A stretch of DNA of 64,000 bases from Eubacteriales bacterium (GTDB lineage Bacteria; Bacillota; Clostridia; Oscillospirales; CAG-272), in assembly GCA_045643725.1 (NCBI GenBank), contig JAZRFQ010000040.1:3945-67944 (forward strand), in the 5' to 3' direction. Made by a program: the position numbers and the translations under genes. Each line of letters starts with the position of its first letter. Position 1 is the first letter of the stretch. The notes beneath the pieces are model-generated. The model did no database searches and was not told where the DNA came from. It was given only the letters and a program-made list of their open reading frames with translations. Below are positions 44,401 through 52,064 of this stretch, one piece after another.

Positions 44401-45251
44401 TACTGCTGGAAGAGGAGTATCTCGGGATCGCTGCTGTTATACTTGCTGATCTTGCCCTTATGTGTCTTGAGGGCGGTGCGCTGGGTGTTGACCTTCGCGA
44501 TCAGCGACTGAAGTGCGCTATTGTAGCTCGGATCTGTCGCACCGCAGGAGCATTTGCCGTTAACGTAGCTATGCTCGTGGGGAGGATTATAGCTCGGATC
44601 GGTAGCGCCGCAGGAGCATTTGCCGTTAACGTAGCTATGCTCGTGGGGAGGATTATAGCTCGGATCGGTAGCGCCGCAGGCACATTTGCCCTCGACGTAG
44701 GTGTGATCGGGAGTTTTGTCGAGAAGCGAGGTCTTGGTCTCGCCGCAGACGGTGCAGGAATAGGTCTTAACACCGTTTGCGATATGGGTTGCAGGCTTTG
44801 TTACCGCGCCGTCATTCCACTTGTGCGACTCGGTTCGACTCGCGCCGCAGGAGCAGTGCTTGATGTGGCCGTTTGCGTTGTTTTTCTCCCAGTCCGACCA
44901 GACGTGATCGTGGGGAGTCTCATTGTCGGGATCGGTAGCGCCGCACTCGCACTTGCCGTCCTTGTAGCTGTGCTCGTGGGGAGGCTCGTAGGTGGGGTCG
45001 GTAGCACCGCACTCGCACTCACCGTCAACGTAATCGTGTACGTGAGGCGAATCTTGCTTCGGTTCGGTTACACCGCAGGAGCACTTGCCGTTTACGTAGT
45101 TGTGCTCATGTGGCTTGTAGTTTGGATTCGTCTGTCCGCACTCGCATTTGCCATCCTTGTAGACGTGAGTGTGTGAATTCACACAGGCTACGGCGGATGC
45201 CGCGAGTACCAAGCACATCAAGAGCAACAGAAGCTTGATAGCAACTTTCAT
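41427..45251 (-). CDS. Heparinase II/III-like lipoprotein, array copy 2: His/Cys repeat stalk, core, and an extra C-terminal domain
   Basis: 1274 aa. Signal peptide plus lipobox (LAASAVAC), seven HxHxYxxGxCxCGxTDP repeats plus two variant repeats, core motifs (HPRLLITSD, VYDWCYDLLTAEDK, TGNHDHADAGTFEIYYKG), and a C-terminal domain of about 230 aa ending GEIGVYRGNIFD. Confidence 0.7.
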   Translation of the reverse strand: MKVAIKLLLLLMCLVLAASAVACVNSHTHVYKDGKCECGQTNPNYKPHEHNYVNGKCSCGVTEPKQDSPHVHDYVDGECECGATDPTYEPPHEHSYKDGKCECGATDPDNETPHDHVWSDWEKNNANGHIKHCSCGASRTESHKWNDGAVTKPATHIANGVKTYSCTVCGETKTSLLDKTPDHTYVEGKCACGATDPSYNPPHEHSYVNGKCSCGATDPSYNPPHEHSYVNGKCSCGATDPSYNSALQSLIAKVNTQRTALKTHKGKISKYNSSDPEILLFQQYTANIGNPSWGVPPTTPTADHPRLLITSDMIPEIRKSLEAGDKQAKAFQTLLASTIINDCILGAAYDHGTNPTVSTNNVHNLEYEYLEIIQAKALGYLAYDNDYYGYQAILYMKNFLKSLDIAKMASDQCRDYGYVMLTAALVYDWCYDLLTAEDKVQFIAGVENCLCRGTNQAGKKTEYGFPPTGGSSVSGHASEYIVLRDYLSFAVAIYGDNNSWWNYIGGRVYNDYVPMRNYFYQSGMTPQGTGTYITARFVGDIFSAWILKTATGTNPYVNMEQVLRSCLAYEVTPGRLLGDGDGGLDTVDGFRYMDIAYISAYLYADETVLAHADVLLGGKTLSCGVHKRGYMGINNPIYMALTGLSDISPAEDRYEDLDLITYNGAPLGDYLVHSSWNSPDSIVIFTRIRERTTGNHDHADAGTFEIYYKGMLTSDGGSYNNYSAAHTKYFHQATISHNGLIIYNPARASEDGGWYSGGQRNVRSSPTDLNAWLTSSEMRTGTILAHQSAYTDESKSAPLYTYSAGDITAAYHSNTVSYVGRRMLTVFTGDAEFPMAFFVFDDITAKQASYEKRFLLQISSPNAPTVNNTDKTVVTENGSGRLVLTSLTDTVKLNSYGGRNSGSYDASKSQNYLVNGKQLVPQSVTVDDGHWGRVEIVHTGGKAAATFMNVLYVTDKGNTNYASIEEITNAQGFEGGVFDGKIAGLFAIARGGASGTLSCTTAGSGNLDYYVSGVMAGEWQVKVNGNVIGTYEATAEGGLLTFTAPAGNVTLTRTGGSSGSGTEENDELAKYQIMLEDFSTTILDHPNEVVTVNNIRYSTANTYADFYTVKDATDDYLRIDTTNGAQLQAMANLYDALGGETGVSYRITLAKVEGEKPLAISFRLRDGKSGNNFREIFTVDADGNVLHGGEKKVGELTTELTEFKFFVNFKTSRIVYYTADGTPSSVYFDPRSGAETTLEWLSYITTRYFDFQSVGGSGSIKIGEIGVYRGNIFD
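44517..45173 (-). repeat. Coding tandem repeats (60-66-bp period) for His/Cys mini-repeats in array copy 2
   Basis: Seven HxHxYxxGxCxCGxTDP units plus two variants. Units at 44517-44579, 44580-44645 and the following one share long identical DNA stretches (GGAGGATTATAGCTCGGATCGGTAGCGCCGCAGG..., ...GCAGGAGCATTTGCCGTTAACGTAGCTATGCTCGTGG). Confidence 0.9.
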
Positions 45252-45294
45252 TTTGATCTCCTTTTTATGTTATTTTTTTATTTCGTTAGATGCT

Positions 45295-45317
45295 TCGGGC
45301 GAGGCGCGCTCGCCCGA
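45295..45317 (-). other. GC-rich hairpin between array copies 3 and 2 (no U-tract; possible processing or stability element)
   Basis: TCGGGCGAG-GCGCG-CTCGCCCGA. Confidence 0.5.
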
Positions 45318-45325
45318 TACGTTGT

Positions 45326-48300
45326 TTAATCGAAGATATTGCCGCGATATATGCCGATCTCGCCGATCTTCAGCGATCCGCTGGCGTTCGATGCCGCGCA
45401 GTCGAAGTAGCGCTTGGTCATATAGGTGAGCCACTCGAGAGTGGTCGAGGCGCCCGACTGTGGCGAGAGGGCTACCGAGCTGACGGTGCCATTCTGTCCG
45501 TAGCAGAGCATCTTGCCTGCCGCGAAGTCAACGACGAATCTGTATTCCGTGAGCTCTGTGGTCAGCGTGCCTACCGTAGTCTTGTTGCCGAGCTTGACGT
45601 TGCCTGCGGCATCCAGCTGGAAGAGCACGTTGTAGTTGTTGCCCGACTGTCCGTCGCGCATTCTGAAGCTGATGGGCAGCACCGATTCGCCCTGCACCTT
45701 GGCAAGCGAGATAACGAAGGATACAGAGGTTTTGCCACAGAGTGCCTCGTAGAGATTCGAGAGAGGCTGGAACTGTACGCCGCCCGTAGTTTCGATGAGC
45801 AGAGCCTTACCCGTGGGATCGTTAACGATAGAGTACTCGCACTTCGACATATCGCTTGCGCTGTACTTGATGCCGTTGACGGTTACCGCCTCGGTGGGCT
45901 TGTTGAGTGCGGCAGAGGAGAAGTCCTCGTACATTATGGTGTCGGTGCGGCCGCTTCGCGAGATTACCACGTCGCCCGCAGGAGCCGTGAAGGTGATAAA
46001 TCCACCCTCCTCGGTTGCGGTGTATGAGCCGTAGCTTCTGCCGCCGACGGTGATCTGCCAGCTTCCTGCCGAGAGGCCGGAAACGTAGTAGTCGAGGTTG
46101 CCCTCGCCGCTTGTGGTGCAGGAGAGAGTCTTGCTGGTCGCGGCTCTGTCGGTCGCGAAGAGTCCTGCGATTCTGCCGTCGAAGACTCCGCCCTCAAGAT
46201 TCGTTGCATCGGTGATGCTCTCGACCTTGGCGTAGCTCGAATTGCCCTTGTCGGTGACGTAGATGACGTTCATAAAGGTGGAGGAGGCGTTTTTGCCGGT
46301 GTAGACGATCTCGACTCTGCCCCAGTGGCCGTCATCGTGGTTTCTGCTGTTCGAGGTGCATTGCTTGCCGTTTATCAGGTAGTTCTGCGCCTCCCTGCCG
46401 TCGTATTTGCCCTCGTTTCTGCCGCCCTGACCGTTTATCTTGATCTCGTCGGTCAGAGAGGTGAGCACGAGTCTGCCGCCCTCGTTCTCGGTGACGACGG
46501 TTTTGTCGGTGTTATCTATTATAGGTGCATCGGGAGAGCTTATCTGAAGCAGGAATCGCTTCTCAAAGCCCGCGTCCTTTGCGGTAATATCGTCATAGAC
46601 GAAGAATACCATCGGGAACTCGGAGTCACCCGTGAATACCGTGAGCATTCGTCTGCCGACGTAGGATACCGTGGCAGAATCGTAGGCCGCGGTGATGTCG
46701 CCTGCAAGGTAGGCGTAGAGAGGTGCTCTCTCGCTCGCATCGGTGTATGCCGACTCATGGGCGATGATCTCGCCGCGCTTCATCACGTCGCTTCCGAGCC
46801 AGGCATTTAGATTCGTTGAGGTGCTTCTCACGTCGCGCTGACTACCCGAGTACCAGCCCTCGTTCTCTGTAGCTCTGGACGGATCATAGATCAGAAGTCC
46901 GTTGTGAGAGATGGTCGCCTGATGGAAGTACTGCATATGCACGTGATTCGGATCGCCATAAATGCCTCCGTCGGTGGAGAGTGCACCCTTGTAGTAGATT
47001 TCAAACGTGCCTGAGTCATCGTGCTCGTGACCTGCCGTCGTGCGCTCCTTAATTCGCATAAAGACCGTCACCGCGTCGGGAGAATTCCACGCCGAGTGAA
47101 TGAGATAATCGCCGAGAGGCGCACCGTTGTAGTTGATGAGATCGAGATCGGCATATCTGTCCTCTGCCGGCTCAACGTCGGAAAGTCCGGTGAGTGCCAT
47201 ATAGATTGGATTGTTGATGCCCATGTATCCGACTTTGTGAATGTCGCAGGAAAGGGGTCTGTCGCCGAGCAGATAATTTGCGTGCGCGAGAACGGTAGAG
47301 TCGCCGAAGAGATATGCTGACATATAAGCGATATCCATATATCTGAAGGCGTCCACGTAGTCGCCTCCGCCGTCACCGTCGCCGAGCAGCTTGCCGGGTG
47401 TGACCTCGTATGATAGGCAACTGCGCAGAACCTTTTCCATATTCGTGTAGGGGTTCGTGCCGGTTGCGGTCGTCAGCATCCACGCCGAGTAGATGTCTCC
47501 GACGAATCTCGCCGTAATATAGGTTCCCGTGCCCTGTGAGGTCATTCCCGACTGATAATAGTAATTTCTCACGGGTATGAATTCGCCGTAAACGCGGCCA
47601 CCGATAAGATCCCACCAGGAGTCGTTATCGCCGTATATAGCGATGGCAAAGGAGAGATAATCGCGCAGAAGGATGTACTCGCAGGAGTGCCCTGCGACGG
47701 CTCTGCCTGTGGTGGGAGGGAATCCGAGCTCGATTTTTGCGCCCGACTTATTCTCGCCGCGGCACAGACAATTCTCAACGCCCGCGATGAACTGAATCTT
47801 ATCATCTTCGGTGAGAAGATCGTAGCACCAGTCGTAGACGAGTGCCGCCGTGAACATAACGTAGCCGTAATGGCGCATCTGCTCGTTTGCTGTTTCAATA
47901 TCGAGTGTTTTGAGGAAATTCTTCATATAGAGGATCGCCTGATAGCCGTAGTAGGCGTTATCCTCGGTGAGATATCCGAGGGCCTTGGCCTGAATGATCT
48001 CAAGATATTCGTAACTCAGGTTGTGTTTATCGATCGAGCTTTGATCGTACGCCGTACCGAGAGCCGCGTCGTTCGGAATATCGGATGCGAGCAGCTCGGC
48101 GAATCTTGCCGCCTGAACTCCGTCCTTTGCAAGATTCTCTCTGACCTTTGGCAGCGTACTCTTGTTCAGGAGAAGCCTCGGATGCTCTGCCGAGGGAGTG
48201 ACCGTAGGTGCGCCTGAGGTTGCTGTGCCGATGTCGGCGGTGTAGCTCTGGAAGAGCAGTATCTCGGTGTCGCTGTCATCGTACCTGCTGACCTTGCCCG

Positions 48301-48703
48301 TGTGAGTCTTCAGCTCCTCGCGCCCTGCGGCGAGGCTTTCAAGGAGAAGAGCGAGAGGGCTACCGGGTTCGATGTCACCGCACTCGCACATACCGTCAAC
48401 GTAGCTATGCTCGTGGGGCTCGCTATAGTCAGGATCTGTCGCACCGCAGGAGCATTTGCCCTCAATATAGCTGTGCTCGTGGGCTTCGTAGTTTGGATCG
48501 GTCGCACCGCACTCGCACTTACCACCCGTGTAGCTATGCTCGTGAGGTTTATAATCGGGATCGGTCGCGCCGCAGGAGCATTTTCCCTCCAGGTAACTGT
48601 GGCTATGGGGCTCCGGGGGATCGCTCTGCTCGTTACAGGACGCGGCGAAGATCGCGAGTGCCGCGCAGAGAAGCAGAGGCAGTAGTTTCTTGGTTGGTTT
48701 CAT
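45326..48703 (-). CDS. Heparinase II/III-like lipoprotein, array copy 3: His/Cys repeat stalk, core, and an extra C-terminal domain
   Basis: I prefer the start at ATG 48703 (AGGTGA RBS; MKPTKKLLPLLLCAALAIFAASC). Four His/Cys repeats, core motifs (HPRLLLNKS, AGHEHDDSGTFEIYYKG), and a C-terminal domain ending GEIGIYRGNIFD. Confidence 0.7.
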   Translation of the reverse strand: MKPTKKLLPLLLCAALAIFAASCNEQSDPPEPHSHSYLEGKCSCGATDPDYKPHEHSYTGGKCECGATDPNYEAHEHSYIEGKCSCGATDPDYSEPHEHSYVDGMCECGDIEPGSPLALLLESLAAGREELKTHTGKVSRYDDSDTEILLFQSYTADIGTATSGAPTVTPSAEHPRLLLNKSTLPKVRENLAKDGVQAARFAELLASDIPNDAALGTAYDQSSIDKHNLSYEYLEIIQAKALGYLTEDNAYYGYQAILYMKNFLKTLDIETANEQMRHYGYVMFTAALVYDWCYDLLTEDDKIQFIAGVENCLCRGENKSGAKIELGFPPTTGRAVAGHSCEYILLRDYLSFAIAIYGDNDSWWDLIGGRVYGEFIPVRNYYYQSGMTSQGTGTYITARFVGDIYSAWMLTTATGTNPYTNMEKVLRSCLSYEVTPGKLLGDGDGGGDYVDAFRYMDIAYMSAYLFGDSTVLAHANYLLGDRPLSCDIHKVGYMGINNPIYMALTGLSDVEPAEDRYADLDLINYNGAPLGDYLIHSAWNSPDAVTVFMRIKERTTAGHEHDDSGTFEIYYKGALSTDGGIYGDPNHVHMQYFHQATISHNGLLIYDPSRATENEGWYSGSQRDVRSTSTNLNAWLGSDVMKRGEIIAHESAYTDASERAPLYAYLAGDITAAYDSATVSYVGRRMLTVFTGDSEFPMVFFVYDDITAKDAGFEKRFLLQISSPDAPIIDNTDKTVVTENEGGRLVLTSLTDEIKINGQGGRNEGKYDGREAQNYLINGKQCTSNSRNHDDGHWGRVEIVYTGKNASSTFMNVIYVTDKGNSSYAKVESITDATNLEGGVFDGRIAGLFATDRAATSKTLSCTTSGEGNLDYYVSGLSAGSWQITVGGRSYGSYTATEEGGFITFTAPAGDVVISRSGRTDTIMYEDFSSAALNKPTEAVTVNGIKYSASDMSKCEYSIVNDPTGKALLIETTGGVQFQPLSNLYEALCGKTSVSFVISLAKVQGESVLPISFRMRDGQSGNNYNVLFQLDAAGNVKLGNKTTVGTLTTELTEYRFVVDFAAGKMLCYGQNGTVSSVALSPQSGASTTLEWLTYMTKRYFDCAASNASGSLKIGEIGIYRGNIFD
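48356..48607 (-). repeat. Coding tandem repeats for four His/Cys mini-repeats in array copy 3
   Basis: HSHSYLEGKCSCGATDPDYKP, HEHSYTGGKCECGATDPNYEA, HEHSYIEGKCSCGATDPDYSEP and HEHSYVDGMCECGDIEPGSP. Confidence 0.9.
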
Positions 48704-48720
48704 ATTGATCACCTGCTTTA

Positions 48721-51700
48721 TCAATTAGTGGGTGAAATCGTGATTTTGCCTGCAGGGGCGGTAAAGGTGAGAAGCCCACCCTCCTCGGTTGCGGTATAAG
48801 TGCCGTAGTCCGCGCCGTTAACACTGACAGACCATTCGCCTGCCGCGACGCCCGAGACGTAGTAGTCGAGGTATCCCTCGCCCGAGGTAGTGCAGGAGAG
48901 ACTCTCGTCAGCGCCGACTCTCGAGGTGGCAAAGAGACCTGCGATTCTGCCCTCAAAGACTCCGCCCTCAAGACCTATAGCATCCTCGATAGATACGACG
49001 GATGCCGCGTTCTTGTTGCCCTTGTCGGTAACGTAGAGCACGTTCATAAAGGTGACCGACGCCTTAGGAGTTGCGTAAATGATCTCAACTCTGCCCCAAT
49101 GTCCGTCGTCGGAGGAATTGCTGCTGGGGACGCATTGCTTGCCGTTTATGAGATAGTTTTGTGACTTCGAGGCGTTGTAGCTTCCGCTGTTTCTGCCGCC
49201 GTGCTTCTCGAAGATAAGTCTTTCGCTACCCGTGGGTGCGGTGAGGCAGGTGAGAACCAATCTGCCGCCCTCGTTCTCGGTGGTGACGGTCTTATCGTTC
49301 TCGTTTACCGTTGGAGCGTCCTTCGAGGTTATCTGGAGTAGGAAGCTGCGCTGACAGCCCTGCTTCGAGGTGATGTCGTCAAAGACGAAGAAGACCATCG
49401 GGAACTCGGCGTCACCCGTAAAGACGGTGAGCATTCTTCTGCCAACGTAGGACGCCGAGGCAGAGTCGTACGCCGCCGTGATGTCACCGGCGATATAGGC
49501 GTACTTTGGCTTTGATTTGTCGCCGCCGATATATTCGTGCTGACGGCCTGTGACGGTGCCGGTTTTCATGTTTTCATCGGCGAGCCAATTATTAAGATTC
49601 GACGATGATCCGACGCCGATTATCTGTCCGCCGGAATAAAGTCCGCCCTCGGAGTTTCTCTTCGCGGGATCATAGATCAAAAGACCGTTGTGCGATACCG
49701 TTGCACTGTGATAGAAGGATCCGTGTGAGGAGTTGTTATCGTATATACCTCCGTCGGAGGTGAGCATACCCTTGTAGTAGATCTCAAAGGTGCCGGAGTC
49801 GGCGTGCTCGTGGTTGCCGGTCGTGCGCTCCTTGATACGCATAAACACCGATACCGAGCTTGGATCATTCCACGCCGAGTGGGCGAGATACTGACCGAGC
49901 GGTGAGCCGTTGTAATTCAAGAGCTCCATATCCTTGTATCTGTCGGCCTTCGGCTGAATGTCACAGAGTCCCGAGAGTGCCATATAGAGAGGATTGTTGA
50001 TGCCCATATATCCCTTTCTATGCACGTTGCAGGAGAGCGTCTTCGTGCCGAGAAGGAAATTGCCCTGGGCGAGAAGCGTCGTGTCGCCGTAAAGATATGC
50101 CGACATATAGGCTATATCCATATAACGGAAGGCATCGACGTAACTGCCGTTGCCGTCTCCGTCGTTGAAGAGTCGCTTTGCGCTGAATTCGTAGGAAAGA
50201 CAGCTTCTGACCACTCTATCCATAGAGGAGAGAGGGTTCTCGCCGGTGGCGGTCTTAAGCATCCAGGCGGTGAAAATATCCGCGCCGAATCTCGCGGTAA
50301 CGTAGGTACCCGTGCCCTGCGGCGCCATATCCGACTGATAGTAGTAATTTCGTACTGGTATAAATTCGTTGTAAACTCGTCCGCCGATGTAGTTCCACCA
50401 GGAGTTGTTGTCACCGTATATCGCGATGGCAAAGGAGAGGTAATCGCGCAGAATTATGTACTCGCAGGAGTGACCGACAACTGCGCCGCCGCCCGAGGGA
50501 GGGAAGCCGACCTCGGTCTTACTGCCCGCCTTGTTCGTTCCGCGGCAGAGACAGTTCTCAACGCCCGCGATAAGCTGTATCTTGTCCTCCTCGGTGAGAA
50601 GGTCGTAGCACCAGTCGTAGACGAGCGCCGCCGTGAACATAACGTAGCCGTAGTCGCGGCATTGATCGCTCGCGATGTACTGAATATCGAGGCTCTTCAG
50701 CACGTTTTTCATATAGTAAATAGCCTGATAGCCGTAGTAGTCATCTCCGTATACGGCCGCGGCGAGAGCCTTCGCTTGAATGACCTCGAGATAGGTGTAG
50801 TCGAGGTTGTGCGATTTGCCGCTCGGGTCGAGCTCCCTGAGAGTCGCGCCGTTTGCGAGAGTCTTTCTCAAAAGCGTCTCAAATCGAACCGCCATAGCGT
50901 CATCTGCGCGGAGGCTGTTTTTGATCTCGGGGATCGTGTCCTTGGTGATAAAGAGTCTCGGATGCTCGTCTGATGGCGTCACGTCAGGTCTGCCTGCGGC
51001 AGGCACGCCAATGTGTGCGCTGTATTTCTGGAAGAGAAGAATTTCGGCATCGCTTGCACTATATTTGCTGATCTTGCCCTTGTAGGTCTTGAGCTCCTCT
51101 CTCTGCGCCTCGAGGAGCGAGAGAAGCGCGTCTATGTGAGGCAGGTGGATATCAACCGACTCCTTTTCCTTCTCGATGCGCTCGAGCAGAGCCTCGTGCT
51201 GCGCCTTCGTGTATACGCCCGTGGCGGAGAAGTCCTTTTCAATTATGAGCTTGCCGAGGTTGACGTTCTTCGATACGAGGTCGGAGATCGCCTGCTCGTA
51301 GCCGAGCCCGTCGCCTGCATAGACGGCGAGATCGCCGTCAACATATGCGAATGCCCAGCAGTGATCTCCGGTAGATTTCGCGCTCGCCTCGGTGTAGAGC
51401 GCTTTGGCTATGCGTGTTGCCTCGCAGTCGACCTCACCCAGCACTATTCTGTATTTTGCGCTCGCGCTATCTGTACTCGTCACCGCGATTCCCGGAATAT
51501 ATGCGGCAGTGAGCTTTGATTGGAGGGCCGAAGCCTCCTCCGAAAGACCGCTCGCGTAGATAATGACCGAATCCGTCGGATTGTTTCTGTCAAGCACCGC
51601 AACCGTCGTGTCCTCGTATGAGGGGACGGGATCGGGCTTCGGGAGCGGAATAGGATCGGTGCTCGAGCCGCCTTCGTTCGAGCCGCCGTTATTCGAGTTA

Positions 51701-51870
51701 TCCTCGTCCGAGCCGCCGTTTGAGTCCTCGCCCGGCGTCTGATTCGTGCCGGAGTCGCCCGCCGAGGGACCCGAGGGCTTCACGGTAGGCGTAGTTGTAT
51801 TGCACGCGACGGTGAGAGTCGCGAGAATTATGCAGATGAGTATGATAAGTAGCTTTTTAATGCTTTTCAT
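48721..51870 (-). CDS. Heparinase II/III-like lipoprotein, array copy 4: low-complexity linker, conserved N-terminal module, and core
   Basis: 1049 aa. Lipobox LTVAC, a Gly/Ser/Asp/Pro-rich linker, an N-terminal module (IIYASGLSEEA...HCWAFAYVDGDLAVYAG), and core motifs (HPRLFITKD, TGNHEHADSGTFEIYYKG). Confidence 0.7.
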   Translation of the reverse strand: MKSIKKLLIILICIILATLTVACNTTTPTVKPSGPSAGDSGTNQTPGEDSNGGSDEDNSNNGGSNEGGSSTDPIPLPKPDPVPSYEDTTVAVLDRNNPTDSVIIYASGLSEEASALQSKLTAAYIPGIAVTSTDSASAKYRIVLGEVDCEATRIAKALYTEASAKSTGDHCWAFAYVDGDLAVYAGDGLGYEQAISDLVSKNVNLGKLIIEKDFSATGVYTKAQHEALLERIEKEKESVDIHLPHIDALLSLLEAQREELKTYKGKISKYSASDAEILLFQKYSAHIGVPAAGRPDVTPSDEHPRLFITKDTIPEIKNSLRADDAMAVRFETLLRKTLANGATLRELDPSGKSHNLDYTYLEVIQAKALAAAVYGDDYYGYQAIYYMKNVLKSLDIQYIASDQCRDYGYVMFTAALVYDWCYDLLTEEDKIQLIAGVENCLCRGTNKAGSKTEVGFPPSGGGAVVGHSCEYIILRDYLSFAIAIYGDNNSWWNYIGGRVYNEFIPVRNYYYQSDMAPQGTGTYVTARFGADIFTAWMLKTATGENPLSSMDRVVRSCLSYEFSAKRLFNDGDGNGSYVDAFRYMDIAYMSAYLYGDTTLLAQGNFLLGTKTLSCNVHRKGYMGINNPLYMALSGLCDIQPKADRYKDMELLNYNGSPLGQYLAHSAWNDPSSVSVFMRIKERTTGNHEHADSGTFEIYYKGMLTSDGGIYDNNSSHGSFYHSATVSHNGLLIYDPAKRNSEGGLYSGGQIIGVGSSSNLNNWLADENMKTGTVTGRQHEYIGGDKSKPKYAYIAGDITAAYDSASASYVGRRMLTVFTGDAEFPMVFFVFDDITSKQGCQRSFLLQITSKDAPTVNENDKTVTTENEGGRLVLTCLTAPTGSERLIFEKHGGRNSGSYNASKSQNYLINGKQCVPSSNSSDDGHWGRVEIIYATPKASVTFMNVLYVTDKGNKNAASVVSIEDAIGLEGGVFEGRIAGLFATSRVGADESLSCTTSGEGYLDYYVSGVAAGEWSVSVNGADYGTYTATEEGGLLTFTAPAGKITISPTN

Positions 51871-51915
51871 GGCTTTTCCTTTGCGCGCGTCGATATTATA
51901 TAGTTATACATAGTA

Positions 51916-51944
51916 ATTATAACATATTTATAAGGTAATTTCAA
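51916..51944 (-). promoter_or_regulatory. Sigma-A-type promoter of array copies 4-3(-2)
   Basis: On the minus strand: TTGAAA, 17-nt spacer, TATAAT. Confidence 0.65.
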
Positions 51945-52005
51945 TGGTTTTATCAACAAAATGTATAGCACAAGGTCGATTCTATGGCTCTATGCCAAAA
52001 TCGCG

Positions 52006-52038
52006 CAAAAAAGAGCCCACCGTGATTGGCGGGCTCTC
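52006..52038 (-). terminator. Rho-independent terminator after array copy 5
   Basis: AGAGCCC.../...GGGCTCT stem, followed on the minus strand by TTTTTT. Confidence 0.8.
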
Positions 52039-52064
52039 CGAGACCTTCGTCTCTATAAGCTTTA

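Noticed and set aside
44517-45173. Regularly spaced repeats of about 66 bp that could superficially suggest a CRISPR array or a VNTR.
   Set aside because: The repeats are contiguous, with no unique spacers. They lie inside a long ORF and translate into a conserved His/Cys peptide repeat, so they are reported as a coding tandem repeat instead.
41313-45176. A very long + strand ORF (1287 aa). Similar long antisense ORFs include 11048..14059 (-), 2994..4109 (-), 24201..26021 (+), 30039..31649 (-), 39430..41244 (+), 55604..57778 (+), 52443..53846 (+) and 14858..15955 (-).
   Set aside because: Each lies exactly antisense to an ORF with clear family motifs, an RBS and a sensible start. Their translations are low-complexity and rich in Arg, Gly, Val and Ala, with no recognisable motifs. 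This is typical of shadow ORFs in GC-rich coding DNA.
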